Counted from the first letter of the stretch, positions 28,893 to 38,877 are shown. The stretch is DNA of 64,000 nt from Chloroflexota bacterium (GCA_964291655.2 OZ219801.1:352001-416000); one strand, 5' to 3'. The notes: generated by a model not told the origin, from the sequence alone. Numbers and translations: made by a program.

Positions 28893-29180
28893 TGTACAGA
28901 CCGGGGACATAGGTAACAGTTGTTCGGGGACATGGGTAACACATTTTACTGATTGACACCTACGAGAGCATTGGGTTGGTCCGGGTTTGATAAGAGACTG
29001 GCGACACAGTGCACTCACTTTCCGCCTGTCAGCTTGTGCCAGAGAAACAAACAGTGTGCATAAGGATATTGAGTGGATCTAACTTTCAAGGCAAGGACAT
29101 CGCATACTACGAAAACCCCCTCGTTCTATGGTGTTACCTATGAGCCCGAACAACTGTTACCCATGTCCCCGGTCTATACA
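28893..29180. mobile_element. 288-bp IS481-type MITE, copy 2
   Basis: Near-identical to 27013-27300; 5-bp TSD GGGAG. Confidence 0.88.
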
Positions 29181-29543
29181 GGGAGAGGGTTAGGGTGAGG
29201 GGGGGAGAGTCCCCGCAATCTGGGAGTCTTCTTCTCGTATTTGCACTCTTGCGTATCGGTCTTGCTGTTTAGGAGGATGGGTTAAGCAGAAGTCCCCTCA
29301 CTCCGGCTCTGTCCCCAAGGAGAGGGAGTAAGTCTTGCTCCTCCGGCCAGGGATATGCAAAGGTCTCCCGTAGGGAGAATACGGCACGGATCGGGTCCCC
29401 TCTCCTGGGGGAGAGGGTTAGGGTGAGGGGGAAAGTCCCCGCAGTCTAGGAGTCTTTCCCCGTTATCGCACTCATGCGTTTCGGTCTTGCCATTAAAGAG
29501 GATGGGTTGAGCAGAAGTCCCCTCACCCCGGCCCTCTCCCCAA

Positions 29544-31187
29544 GAGGGTGTCTCAAAAATAGATCTACTGGATATATACTGGTGTGAAGAGAAGCAAGGT
29601 GAGGTGGTGGGATAGTTTGTAGAGAGGTAGTGACGATGCCGTTGAGACCGTTTAGTCGTGAACAGGCCTGGCTGTTGCCGCCGACGCTGGACGAACTGAT
29701 CCCGGACGACCATCCTGTCAGGTTTGCGGCAGCGTTCGTGGACAGCCTCGATGCTGCGGCCTGGGAGGCGATGGAGATTGACCTGCAAGGCGATCCGCGT
29801 GGCGCCGGGGCCTACCATCCGCGCGCGCTGCTGGGCGTATGGGTCTACGGCTTCATGACCGGCGTGCGCTCGAGCCGCAAGCTGGAGGCAGCCTGCCGGG
29901 ATCAGGTACCGTACCTGTGGCTGGTGGGGATGCAGCAGCCGGACCACAACACGCTGTGGCGCTTCTACAAGGCGCACCGCGACCGGATGCGGACGCTGCT
30001 CAAGCGCACGGTGCGCACGGCGGTGCGAGCCGGCCTGGTGGAGTTGGCAATCCAGGCGGTGGACGGCACCAGGATCGCGGCCAACGCCGGGACGCGGCAT
30101 ACCCACGACGCGCAGGGGCTGCAGCGGCTGTTGTCCCGCACCGAGCAAGCGATCGCGGACCTGGAGGCGCAGAACGCCACGGGGGGCGACGCGCCGCCAG
30201 CGACTTTGCCGCAGGAACTTGCCGATGCCCAGGCCCTGCGGCGGCGGGTGGACGACGCGCTCGCCCGCGTCGCGGCTGAGGACGGGCCGCGCTACACGAA
30301 CCTGACTGATGCGGACGCGGCCCTGCTCAAGACTGGCATGGGTGGCTTCATCACCGGCTACAACGCCCAGGCGCTGGTCTCCCCTCTTGCGTCCCCGGAC
30401 GAGGGCGCAGGGGGGAGGTTGATCACAGCCGTGGACGTGAGCGCCAGTGCCGACGACCATCCCCACCTGGCGCCGCTGATCGAGGCGGCGCAGGAGAACA
30501 TCGACGCCGCGCGGGACGTGGTGACCGTTGCGGACGCCGGCTACCATTCGGGGGCCAACCTCGCCACGTGCCACGCCGGCGGCCACACGGTATTGATGCC
30601 CACGACCCACGAGCGCAGACGCCGCAACCCCTACCATAAAGACCACTTCACCTACCGTCCAGAGACCGACACCTACCTGTGTCCCCAGCAAAAGGTGCTC
30701 ACCTACACGCACCGCTTGACCCACAGCAACGGCTACCGGGTCAAGCGGTACCAAGCCAACGGCCGGGACTGCAGAACCTGTCCGGCCTTCGGCGTCTGCA
30801 CCTCCTCCCAGAGGGGCCGCTCCATAAAGATCAGCGCCTACGAGCCAATACTGCAACGGCACAGGCAGTTGATGGCCACCGCGCCTGCCAAGCAGGTGTA
30901 CCGCCGCCGGAGTACCATCGTCGAGCCGGTCTTTGGCCTGCTCAAGGAGTGGCACAGTGCCAGGCGCTTCCTGCTCAGAGGCCGCAGCCACGTGACGTCC
31001 GAATGGCACCTGCTGGCCACCGCGTTCAATCTCAAGAGCCTCCACGCCCTGTGGCGGTCTGGGTGTAGTCCAGCGTCGCCCCGGGGACGAGTCTCTCACT
31101 GGCACCGTCTTGTTCATACCACCCGCCATCTGTCTGTCCTTCTCACCCCATTCACCGTGCCCCGCACCAAAATATTGAGACAGCCTC
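29544..31187 (+). mobile_element. IS1182-family insertion sequence (1644 bp)
   Basis: IRs GAGGGTGTCTCAAAA and TATTGAGACAGCCTC; 4-bp TSD CCAA. Confidence 0.88.
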
Positions 31188-31204
31188 CCAAGGAGAGGGA
31201 GTAA
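29630..31204 (+). CDS. IS1182-family transposase
   Basis: LIPDDHPVR, AYHP, SSRKLE, PDHNTL, VDGT, ADAGY, YLCP, CRTCP..C, Y.RR..IVEPVFG..K. Confidence 0.92.
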   Translation: MTMPLRPFSREQAWLLPPTLDELIPDDHPVRFAAAFVDSLDAAAWEAMEIDLQGDPRGAGAYHPRALLGVWVYGFMTGVRSSRKLEAACRDQVPYLWLVGMQQPDHNTLWRFYKAHRDRMRTLLKRTVRTAVRAGLVELAIQAVDGTRIAANAGTRHTHDAQGLQRLLSRTEQAIADLEAQNATGGDAPPATLPQELADAQALRRRVDDALARVAAEDGPRYTNLTDADAALLKTGMGGFITGYNAQALVSPLASPDEGAGGRLITAVDVSASADDHPHLAPLIEAAQENIDAARDVVTVADAGYHSGANLATCHAGGHTVLMPTTHERRRRNPYHKDHFTYRPETDTYLCPQQKVLTYTHRLTHSNGYRVKRYQANGRDCRTCPAFGVCTSSQRGRSIKISAYEPILQRHRQLMATAPAKQVYRRRSTIVEPVFGLLKEWHSARRFLLRGRSHVTSEWHLLATAFNLKSLHALWRSGCSPASPRGRVSHWHRLVHTTRHLSVLLTPFTVPRTKILRQPPKERE

Positions 31205-31713
31205 GTCTTGCTCCTCCGGCCAAGGGATACGCATAGGTCTCCCGGAGGGAGAGTACGGCTCAGTTCCGGTCCCCTCTCCTGGGGGAGAGGGAGGTTTGTT
31301 CGCCTGCAGATGAGTTACGCAAGGGTCTCGTGACGGTAGTGTGGAATCTCCCGGAAACGCGGGCTTAGAGCCTGTGCTTGGCTTTCCATTGCGACGCAAA
31401 CCGCTATTTCACCACTGTTCTTAGCTGGTACGCTCCCTGAGAGGAAGTTGCCAGAGTCAGCAAGAACCGTTCGTGCTAAGGGCTGCGCGGGGCCTCTGTC
31501 GCAGTACAAACGGCTATGGATAGAGGGTCACTATCATCCGATCACCCTTTGACACGCGCAGGGCGAACGGATGGCAAGTGCACGACAGCACCTTTGCAAA
31601 CACCCACTTAGGCGTTCAATACAACAGGGGTCAGAGTTGGCAAGTGCCCGATTTGTCCTGCTCGCTAGGGAAGCCGGTAGTAGCAGAGACCGCATTCAGG
31701 CCACCCTTAAAAT

Positions 31714-32535
31714 GTGAGCGCGGGCATGGCTGAACCACAGAAGCGCACCACAGCGACTATGCGATTAGACCGTCTCCTCGTCGAAAAGACTTTCTTCCCA
31801 AGCCGCGAAAAGGCCGCCTATGCCATTCGCGCCGGCGGCGTGCAGGTAAATGGCCGGACAGTAACCAAACCGGCTGCTCCGGTAAACTCCGACGCCCAAA
31901 TCTTCGTTGATACGCTGAGCACACTCCGCATTGGACGCGGCGAACACAAACTTGCAGGGGTGCTGGAAGAGTTTGGCATAGACTGCGCCGGGAAGATAGC
32001 CCTCGATGTAGGCAGTGGCACCGGCGGTTTCACGTGGCAACTCCTACAGCAAGGCGCGAAGCGTGTCTATGCGGTTGACGTAGGCGCCAATCAACTTCAT
32101 CACGAACTACGGGCAGATCCCAGGGTTGCGGCCTACGAACAAACCGACGTGCGCGGCCTGACCGCATTCCCCGAGCCACCGCACGTTGCCGCGGTAGACG
32201 TCTCTTTTATCTCGTTGCGCCTCATCTTGCCCCATGTGTGTACGCTTACGCGCCCCGACGCAGACCTAGTGGTTCTCCTCAAGCCGCAGTTTGAGGTGGC
32301 AACCATCGAACTGACGAAGGGCGGATCCATTCATAGTCGAGAAACGCAGCGCGCCATTCGCCATGCTTTTGTTGATTGGTGCGCTGCAAATGACCTGGTG
32401 GTCAAGGGCGAAGTAGAGAGCCCGCTTCGCGGCAAACATGGCACCCGCGAATTCTTCCTCCATCTCAATCACGCCTCGGTTGCGAGATTTTTTCCCGCGA
32501 GGGAATCTGGTAGAGAGAGGCAGTCACGTCCATAG
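31714..32535 (+). CDS. tlyA: TlyA-family rRNA methyltransferase
   Basis: S4 domain RLDRLLVE..SREKA; LDVGSGTGGFT, DVSFISL, LKPQFE. Confidence 0.9.
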   Translation: MSAGMAEPQKRTTATMRLDRLLVEKTFFPSREKAAYAIRAGGVQVNGRTVTKPAAPVNSDAQIFVDTLSTLRIGRGEHKLAGVLEEFGIDCAGKIALDVGSGTGGFTWQLLQQGAKRVYAVDVGANQLHHELRADPRVAAYEQTDVRGLTAFPEPPHVAAVDVSFISLRLILPHVCTLTRPDADLVVLLKPQFEVATIELTKGGSIHSRETQRAIRHAFVDWCAANDLVVKGEVESPLRGKHGTREFFLHLNHASVARFFPARESGRERQSRP

Positions 32536-32573
32536 GTATAGAAATAGGCGGCGCAGAGCGGGCGGCAACACAA

Positions 32574-34157
32574 TCAAGCCGACTCGTCGGCAGTGCCGGT
32601 ATCCTCAGGTGGGGGGCTCGCCATCAGGACGCTAAATGGATGCAGCTTATGGATGCGGTGGTTTCCGGTATCCGCAACGAATACGCGATCGCGATCGTCA
32701 ACGGCGACTCCATAGGGATCCGAAAATTGCCCCTGCTGACCGGCCACCTGAAGGCCCCATTGCGAAAGCGGCTCACCATCGGGCGACAACTCCTGAATGC
32801 GGTTGTTCCAGGTATCCGCGACGTAGATTCTGCCGCGCTGGTCTAGGGCAATGCCGCTTGGATTGCGAAACTGACCTGGTTCCGCCCCTTCCTCGCCCCA
32901 TTGTCCGCTGGGTTCACCGTCGGGATTGAGCTTCTGTACCCTATGGTTTCCGGAGTCGGTGATGTAGACCCATCCTGCCTCATCCAGAGCGACTCCAACC
33001 GGTGCACGGAATTCCCCAGGACCGTCGCCGTGGGAACCCCACATTGCAAGCACCTTACCGTCAGAGGAGAACTTCTGAATGCGGTTATTGCCGGTGTCGG
33101 CAACGTAGATGTTGCCTGTAGAGTCAACTGCAACGCCGTTGGGCGAACGGAATTGGCCGGGCTTTGCGCCTTGCTCGCCCCATTGCGCCAACGGCTGACC
33201 TTCTGCGGAAAGTCTCTGAATCCGATGATTGAGCGTATCGGCCAAGAGTACCTGTCCACTTATGTCAATAGTCAAGCCGCGCGGCGAACGAAATTCGCCT
33301 GCTTTTTGTCCCGTACTCCCCCACTGTGCTACCGCGTCCCCGTCGGGTGAGAACTTCTGCAGGCGATTATTGATCGTATCAACCACATGGACATTGCCCT
33401 GCTGATCGATTGCTACGTCATGCGGAGAACTGAACTGACCGGGCCTTGATCCAAGCTCTCCCCAAATCGCCTGGCTGCGGCGGCGCTGACTCGACTGGAC
33501 TCGGCGGACCAATCGGAATGCCCACGCCACCGAGACGACAAAGACTATAGCTGAAAGCGGGAGAATCCATAGTTCGCCAAGCAACAAGGGGAAGTCATAC
33601 AAACCGTGCAGCACTACCGGAATCACCCACGCCAAACGAGCATATCGACCCCGGCGCGCGGGATTGAATGCGCTCTGCGCGATGTAGTAACCCATAATGG
33701 CGCCGAGCGCGCCATGCACCGGCACCGAGGTGAGCCCGCGTACCGCCGCTCCCATTGTATCTCCTTCCATCACGTAGGCAATGTTCTCTAGCGCGGCAAA
33801 GCCAAGCGAAGCGACTACGCCGTAAACCACCCCATCGAACGGTTCTGCCAGCCGCTTACGCTGGCATGAGAAATTGGCAAGCACTACGTACTTAAACGAT
33901 TCTTGGAGAATTGCTGCGCCAAGGAACGCCTGGATAAACAGTACCAGCGGGAGGCTGCCTGTTAGATCGCCCAACACTGGATAGAGGATTGAAACAGGAA
34001 AGGCCAATATGATGACCGGCAGCGTGACCACGATACCCAGACCAAACGTCGCCCAAAGGGTAATGCGGGGTTGGGGAAACTCCGGCCGCGTGTGCAGGAA
34101 CCAAATCAAAATGAGTCCCGGCACCACTGCGGAAGAGAACATCAAGAGTGGTTGCAA
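32574..34157 (-). CDS. PrsW-family intramembrane protease fused to an NHL-repeat beta-propeller
   Basis: TM region with QESFK, LGFAALEN, VH and LHGLYD; six G.F..P.G.A.D..G..YVADT.N.RIQ repeats. Confidence 0.85.
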   Translation of the reverse strand: MQPLLMFSSAVVPGLILIWFLHTRPEFPQPRITLWATFGLGIVVTLPVIILAFPVSILYPVLGDLTGSLPLVLFIQAFLGAAILQESFKYVVLANFSCQRKRLAEPFDGVVYGVVASLGFAALENIAYVMEGDTMGAAVRGLTSVPVHGALGAIMGYYIAQSAFNPARRGRYARLAWVIPVVLHGLYDFPLLLGELWILPLSAIVFVVSVAWAFRLVRRVQSSQRRRSQAIWGELGSRPGQFSSPHDVAIDQQGNVHVVDTINNRLQKFSPDGDAVAQWGSTGQKAGEFRSPRGLTIDISGQVLLADTLNHRIQRLSAEGQPLAQWGEQGAKPGQFRSPNGVAVDSTGNIYVADTGNNRIQKFSSDGKVLAMWGSHGDGPGEFRAPVGVALDEAGWVYITDSGNHRVQKLNPDGEPSGQWGEEGAEPGQFRNPSGIALDQRGRIYVADTWNNRIQELSPDGEPLSQWGLQVAGQQGQFSDPYGVAVDDRDRVFVADTGNHRIHKLHPFSVLMASPPPEDTGTADESA

Positions 34158-34490
34158 TACAGCCTCCCTGGTCTTGTCGCAGCGACTTGCGACCTCATGT
34201 TACGCAGGGAAGCTCCGTCACTAAGACTTCGTCCACGCAACTGCGTTACCTTTGCCTTCTGCTCTGAGTCGTGAACGATAGGCCTCCAGCCTACAGATTC
34301 CTACCAAATGTACTACAGATACTGGTGCAGCATGAAACTACATGGGAGTTGGATTTGGCAAGATGGGGTTCCGAAGGACCTCATTCCGGCTCCTCCGGAC
34401 ATAGCATTAGCTTCTAGCTTGCCCTTCTGTACCCGACCGCTATGCCTGCACTTCCCACCATAGAAATCAGGCAGTCAGGTCAGAGCGCCT

Positions 34491-36854
34491 CTACGGGTTG
34501 AACTCCACCCAGACGGGGCTTGACCACGCCCTCGGACCCCAAGCGGGGGCTACATTGGAGAGATGGCTCCGCCAGGCCATGGACTGTCCAACGCTGAGAT
34601 AGTAGAAGTGCTCGCCGGGCGCCGCATCATTGTCCGTATACTGGCCCGACGCCTGTTCGTCAGATGACTCCCACGACTTGATCGCTTCACCGTCGCGCAC
34701 TAGCGTGATGGTTGCGGGCAATTCCGTAAGCTGTACATTCCACTGGATTTCCGGCGCGTCCAGAGTTCTGCCTGCGCCTCCCATGAAGACGCCGTTAACC
34801 CAAAGCTGAATGCCAATGCGGGAACCGTCGGTCGCAAAACACCGATGCTTCCGCAAGGCATCGAGTATAGCCGTACGACTCAGGTCTTCAGCATAGATGC
34901 CGGTCAGACCGCCGCCAGTCCCTGCCGTACGACGATGACCGTCGCTGCAGCCAATGAACCCCAACTTGCGCCCGCTCTTCAGTACTTGATGAATCTTCTC
35001 CCGGTACGCCGGATCGAGCATGTGCACGCGCCAGCCGGAGCAGACTTCCATATTGGTTTCGGTCCACGAGTCGGACAAAAACTCCCAATGCTCGTGATGT
35101 GGGTGCAGGATCGCGCCGTACCGTTCAGCATGCGCGGCGAGTGCCGCAAGCGGTTCCCCTTCTACCTCGGTATAGCGTAAGAGCGGCAGCTGCTCTCTTC
35201 CGGCTATCACTGTGCGGTGATTCGAAGTCCTAGAGCCGGAAGCACGACTCATCTGTGACCACTCGAATGCCGGCAGCACCAGGAGGTCACTTAGGTGCCT
35301 GAAGTGAAGCGCAAAGTGATAGTCCAAATCGTATTCCGATGCCGTAAGACTGAGGAGGTGCTTGTCGTTGTCCGAAAACGCCACGCAGTCCAACTGAGCT
35401 ACATCGCGGGCATACGCTATCAGCTCGTCAACATACCCTTCCGCATCGGCGGAATGAGTAGAGTGGACATGCAAGTCTGCCCAAAAGAGGGTGAGTTCCG
35501 ATTCCTTTGTACCTGCTCGAGCATTCTCGCTGCTGATTTGGATTCCCCCACTAGGCCGGGAATCGGTTCGCGGCCCACTCGGTGAAGCCGGACTCCATCC
35601 GAACCAACGCCCTTCGTCGAGGAAGCGAGGTGCATCACCAAGGGTAAGAGCGACCAGGCAAACGTCTTCCACAGATATCTCCGGGGCCACACGCGCCGTT
35701 ACCCATAGTTCGTTGCGCCCATCAACAGCCTCGTTGGCAACCGGTGTATAGTATCGAGGCCCAACTGCAATAGACCGCGTTTCCTGAACATCGGGAGCAG
35801 ATTGGCCCTTGGTGGAATCGATATAGCGTCCACAAAGCACGCCCCCTGTCGTGGTGGTACTACCGTTAGGCAGTTCTTTCCGCTCCCAGAGCAACCAGAC
35901 GCCGCCATCCGGGCTTGCAACAACCAATGGCTTACGTCGTCTACCGAGATACCCCCATACGCCCAAGCCCTGCCATTCAAGCATGCCCCAGGCTAAGACT
36001 CCGAGGTCCGGCGATCCGTTGGCATCTTCTACAAGCTGCCACTGACCGTCTACACGCCGCGCCACTCTCGCCACAGGCCACTGGTCGAGCACATTCCCAT
36101 CGCTTACAACCTCCTGCCTGCAGAGCCACGTGATCCAAGGGTTGCCGTCATTGTCTATCGTGAGCGATGGCACAAGCTGCCAAGCTTCCTCCGTTACCAT
36201 TTCCGATTCAGCAGCCCGGTCGGTTACTACCTCCCGCGCGCCAATTGATCCATCTTGCTCAACGAAAACACAATAGATTCCGAATTTGCCGTCTACATAG
36301 GCATCCCAGGCAACCCAGTAACCGTTGCTCGTTACGGCGACTTCCGGCCGCTGCACCCAACCGGCGGCAGTAGTTATGTCTATGGGATCCGACCAGCCTC
36401 TACCCGTGTTGGCGGCGAAACGAACCTTATATGCTCCTGGCGTTGCGGCCTCACACCACACCGCGGCCATGCGTCCTGCGGCAGAATCTGCGTGCAAGGA
36501 AACGACAAAACCTTCACTTCCCAGCTTCTGAGGTGTTTCCCATCCCGAAATAGAACGTGTAGACCCGTATACGGCATAGGTTTCCCAAAGATCCTGGGAA
36601 ATCCAAACGCTCGTCGGCACGTCCTGCACTAGTCCAATGTAGGGCGAGTGATTCCTACCTTCCTTCGGGGTAACCGTTTCAAGGGGAGTCAGCTCACCAC
36701 TGTGCGAGGCCCGGGCGTAAATGTGCTCTTTGTCTTGCTGGTACCCCTGCCATACGGCCCACACTGTGTTACCGCTGCGCACGGCGTGGGGTGTGTGGCA
36801 TTCACGGCCATCAAGCTCCGTCGAAAGTACCGTGTGCGCGCTAAAGTTCGTCAT
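34491..36854 (-). CDS. PHP-type (CehA/McbA/DUF3604-like) metallohydrolase with a beta-rich N-terminal region
   Basis: DLHVHSTHSADA, FEWS, NHR, HPHH, GFIGCSDGH, AWSSPVWV. Confidence 0.75.
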   Translation of the reverse strand: MTNFSAHTVLSTELDGRECHTPHAVRSGNTVWAVWQGYQQDKEHIYARASHSGELTPLETVTPKEGRNHSPYIGLVQDVPTSVWISQDLWETYAVYGSTRSISGWETPQKLGSEGFVVSLHADSAAGRMAAVWCEAATPGAYKVRFAANTGRGWSDPIDITTAAGWVQRPEVAVTSNGYWVAWDAYVDGKFGIYCVFVEQDGSIGAREVVTDRAAESEMVTEEAWQLVPSLTIDNDGNPWITWLCRQEVVSDGNVLDQWPVARVARRVDGQWQLVEDANGSPDLGVLAWGMLEWQGLGVWGYLGRRRKPLVVASPDGGVWLLWERKELPNGSTTTTGGVLCGRYIDSTKGQSAPDVQETRSIAVGPRYYTPVANEAVDGRNELWVTARVAPEISVEDVCLVALTLGDAPRFLDEGRWFGWSPASPSGPRTDSRPSGGIQISSENARAGTKESELTLFWADLHVHSTHSADAEGYVDELIAYARDVAQLDCVAFSDNDKHLLSLTASEYDLDYHFALHFRHLSDLLVLPAFEWSQMSRASGSRTSNHRTVIAGREQLPLLRYTEVEGEPLAALAAHAERYGAILHPHHEHWEFLSDSWTETNMEVCSGWRVHMLDPAYREKIHQVLKSGRKLGFIGCSDGHRRTAGTGGGLTGIYAEDLSRTAILDALRKHRCFATDGSRIGIQLWVNGVFMGGAGRTLDAPEIQWNVQLTELPATITLVRDGEAIKSWESSDEQASGQYTDNDAAPGEHFYYLSVGQSMAWRSHLSNVAPAWGPRAWSSPVWVEFNP

Positions 36855-37099
36855 CCTATTGCCATGACTTCCCAGGTGTCGGTACCCACGTTTCTTGCCC
36901 CTCTTGAAATGAACCTGTATTCAATGTGAATTCTCTCTGCTCAAATCACCACAGCGACCTAACTTTATCTCCACAACACTGACCTCAGCCATCACCAGCC
37001 CCATTTCACAAGGCCCAGCACGGCTATCGGTCGTGCAATCAGTCACGCTTTCTCGGGGCTAATCCCCCTTGCTGAACCGATTCTAGGTTGTTGTAGCGT

Positions 37100-38674
37100 T
37101 TATCCGAGGTCCTTTAGAATCTCGTGCGCCGCATTGTGACCGGGCACACCGCTAATCTCGCCACCCGGATGCTGTCCGGCGCCGCAGAGGTAGAGCCCAC
37201 CTAAGGGCGCCCGGTAATGAGAAATCTCCGGCAGCGGCCGATTCCAAACCAGGTGCTCGCCGGCATGCTGAACGTGCCAGATGCAACCGTCCGTCAAGCC
37301 GTTCTCGCGTTCCAGGTCGAGCGGGGTGCGCAATTTGTAGTCGCGTATCGACTGGCGAAAGTTTGGCGCGCACTCCGTGATTTGGTCGATGAGTCCTTCT
37401 GCTACCTGCTCCCGCACGTCGTCCCACGTTCCGTTCCGCAGCTTCCCAGGCGCCGCATAAATCCAGATGGACGCGGTATGGTATCCCGGCTGCGTAATGC
37501 TGTCGTCAACCCCAGACGGTATCGAGAAACTAATCAGAGGTCTGCGCGGGGGACGTCCGGCTTCCAAATCATCGTAACAGGCGGACATTTCCTCGCGGGT
37601 AAGGCTAATGACCACGGCGCCTTTGCTTGCCTGCTCAGGGTCTCCGTCCCAGGCGGTCCATTGCGGCAACTCAGAAATCACCGCAAGGAATTTATAGCAA
37701 CTGACGTGCGTAGTAAGTCCCTGAATGCGTTTGCGGAAACCACCGTCCAAGTGCTCCTCGGGCATGAGTCGCAGGAAGGTGCGTTTGGGGTCAAGATTGG
37801 AAGCAACGACCCGGCTGCGCACTTCGCCGCCATTTGCCAACTGAATGCCTACGACCTTACCGCCTTCTACCAGAAATTCCTCGACCTCGTGGTCGGTATG
37901 GATTGTCACACCGGCATCCTCTGCGGATTCTCTGAAGAGTTGGCTCACCACCCCAACGCCACCGCGCACGTAGCCGTTTGGCGGCTTGATGCCTGTTTCC
38001 TCATCCGCGGCATTGAGTGATGCGTAGGCAAGCTGAAAGCCCCACGGATTTCTGCCGATAGCGCCCGCTTCATAGCCGAGACGGTTCTTTAAATGACCGT
38101 CCGGCAGAAACTCGTCCTGCAGGTCGTAGATGCGCGTGGTAAGTGCTTTTTCCAGCACGTCGGCCGCGGGCGTTCCAGCGACTTTGGCGCGCACCTCTGC
38201 CAGCGTAGGCGGCGGTTGCAGCCGGTAGGGTGAAATCGCGCCCTGCAGTGTGTTCTTGAATTCCGCATAGCGCCGCTGCCCGTCGCGCTCCGCCGATGTC
38301 AGTTGCAGCGCGCGATTGCGGGGCGAATCGTGGGTGCTCGGCCCAAAGTACGTATCGTCCGGCAGCACCTGGATGCCCTGACGGGGAATCACCTCCAGGC
38401 CGCGTTCGAGGAGGCGGAAATCCCTATATATCTTTGGGTGTATACCGTGGACCATATGGGCGCAGGTGGAAAACTTGAAGCCCGGCCACAGTTCTTCCGT
38501 GATCGCGGCACCCCCGGTAAAGGGGCGGCGTTCGAATACATGCACCGCAAGTCCGGCACGCGCCAGATAGGTCGCGGCAACGAGACCGTTGTGGCCGCCG
38601 CCGACTATTGCTACGTCAATATCACCTGCCACCAAACGCTCCCTCAGTAATTTAATTCGACCCCGGTCGCGCAA
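37100..38674 (-). CDS. Phytoene-desaturase-superfamily FAD oxidoreductase
   Basis: VGGGHNGLVAATYLARAG..ERR..GGAA; TPLDLE; YLCGAGQHPGG..SG.PGHNAA. Confidence 0.88.
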   Translation of the reverse strand: MRDRGRIKLLRERLVAGDIDVAIVGGGHNGLVAATYLARAGLAVHVFERRPFTGGAAITEELWPGFKFSTCAHMVHGIHPKIYRDFRLLERGLEVIPRQGIQVLPDDTYFGPSTHDSPRNRALQLTSAERDGQRRYAEFKNTLQGAISPYRLQPPPTLAEVRAKVAGTPAADVLEKALTTRIYDLQDEFLPDGHLKNRLGYEAGAIGRNPWGFQLAYASLNAADEETGIKPPNGYVRGGVGVVSQLFRESAEDAGVTIHTDHEVEEFLVEGGKVVGIQLANGGEVRSRVVASNLDPKRTFLRLMPEEHLDGGFRKRIQGLTTHVSCYKFLAVISELPQWTAWDGDPEQASKGAVVISLTREEMSACYDDLEAGRPPRRPLISFSIPSGVDDSITQPGYHTASIWIYAAPGKLRNGTWDDVREQVAEGLIDQITECAPNFRQSIRDYKLRTPLDLERENGLTDGCIWHVQHAGEHLVWNRPLPEISHYRAPLGGLYLCGAGQHPGGEISGVPGHNAAHEILKDLG

Positions 38675-38737
38675 TCACTTGCCGTGAGCAAAGAAACCAC
38701 GTGGCCGGTCTTGGTCCTTTATCTACTTCAAGTGATA

Positions 38738-38877
38738 GGCCGCTCACTCGCCAGTCATATTGTTTAGCCACTCAGTCAACTGTCAATGTGTTTGGCCACT
38801 CACTCTAATGTCATTGAGTCTAGCCAATCACCCAACTGTCATAGTGTCTGGCCACTCACTCAAATGTCATTCCGAGC
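38738..38877. repeat. Five imperfect 28-bp tandem repeats
   Basis: Units RGCCACTCACTCAA-TGTCA... start at 38738, 38766, 38794, 38822 and 38850. Confidence 0.75.

Larger units (their letters stand above)
26856..31291. repeat. ~225-bp tandem array (about 3.5 units) of paired REP-like hairpins, interrupted by insertions
   Basis: Units begin CCCCTCACCCCGGCCCTCTCCCCAAGGAGAGGG and contain CCCTCTCCTGGGGGAGAGGGTTAGGGTGAGGGG; uninterrupted unit at 29294-29518. Confidence 0.85.
26771..31329. mobile_element. Non-autonomous IR-bounded element carrying a REP-hairpin array and four nested insertions
   Basis: Left end GAGACCTTTGCATAA; right end (reverse complement) GAGACCCTTGCGTAA, 13/15 match; direct repeat GTGACG on both sides (26765-26770 and 31330-31335). 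Confidence 0.7.

Noticed and set aside
26856-31291. CRISPR array
   Set aside because: Segments between hairpins are near-identical across the 225-bp units rather than unique spacers, and no cas genes are adjacent. It is a REP/BIME-like array.
29282-31399. 705-aa minus-strand ORF
   Set aside because: Shadow of the IS1182 transposase that crosses element boundaries into repeats.
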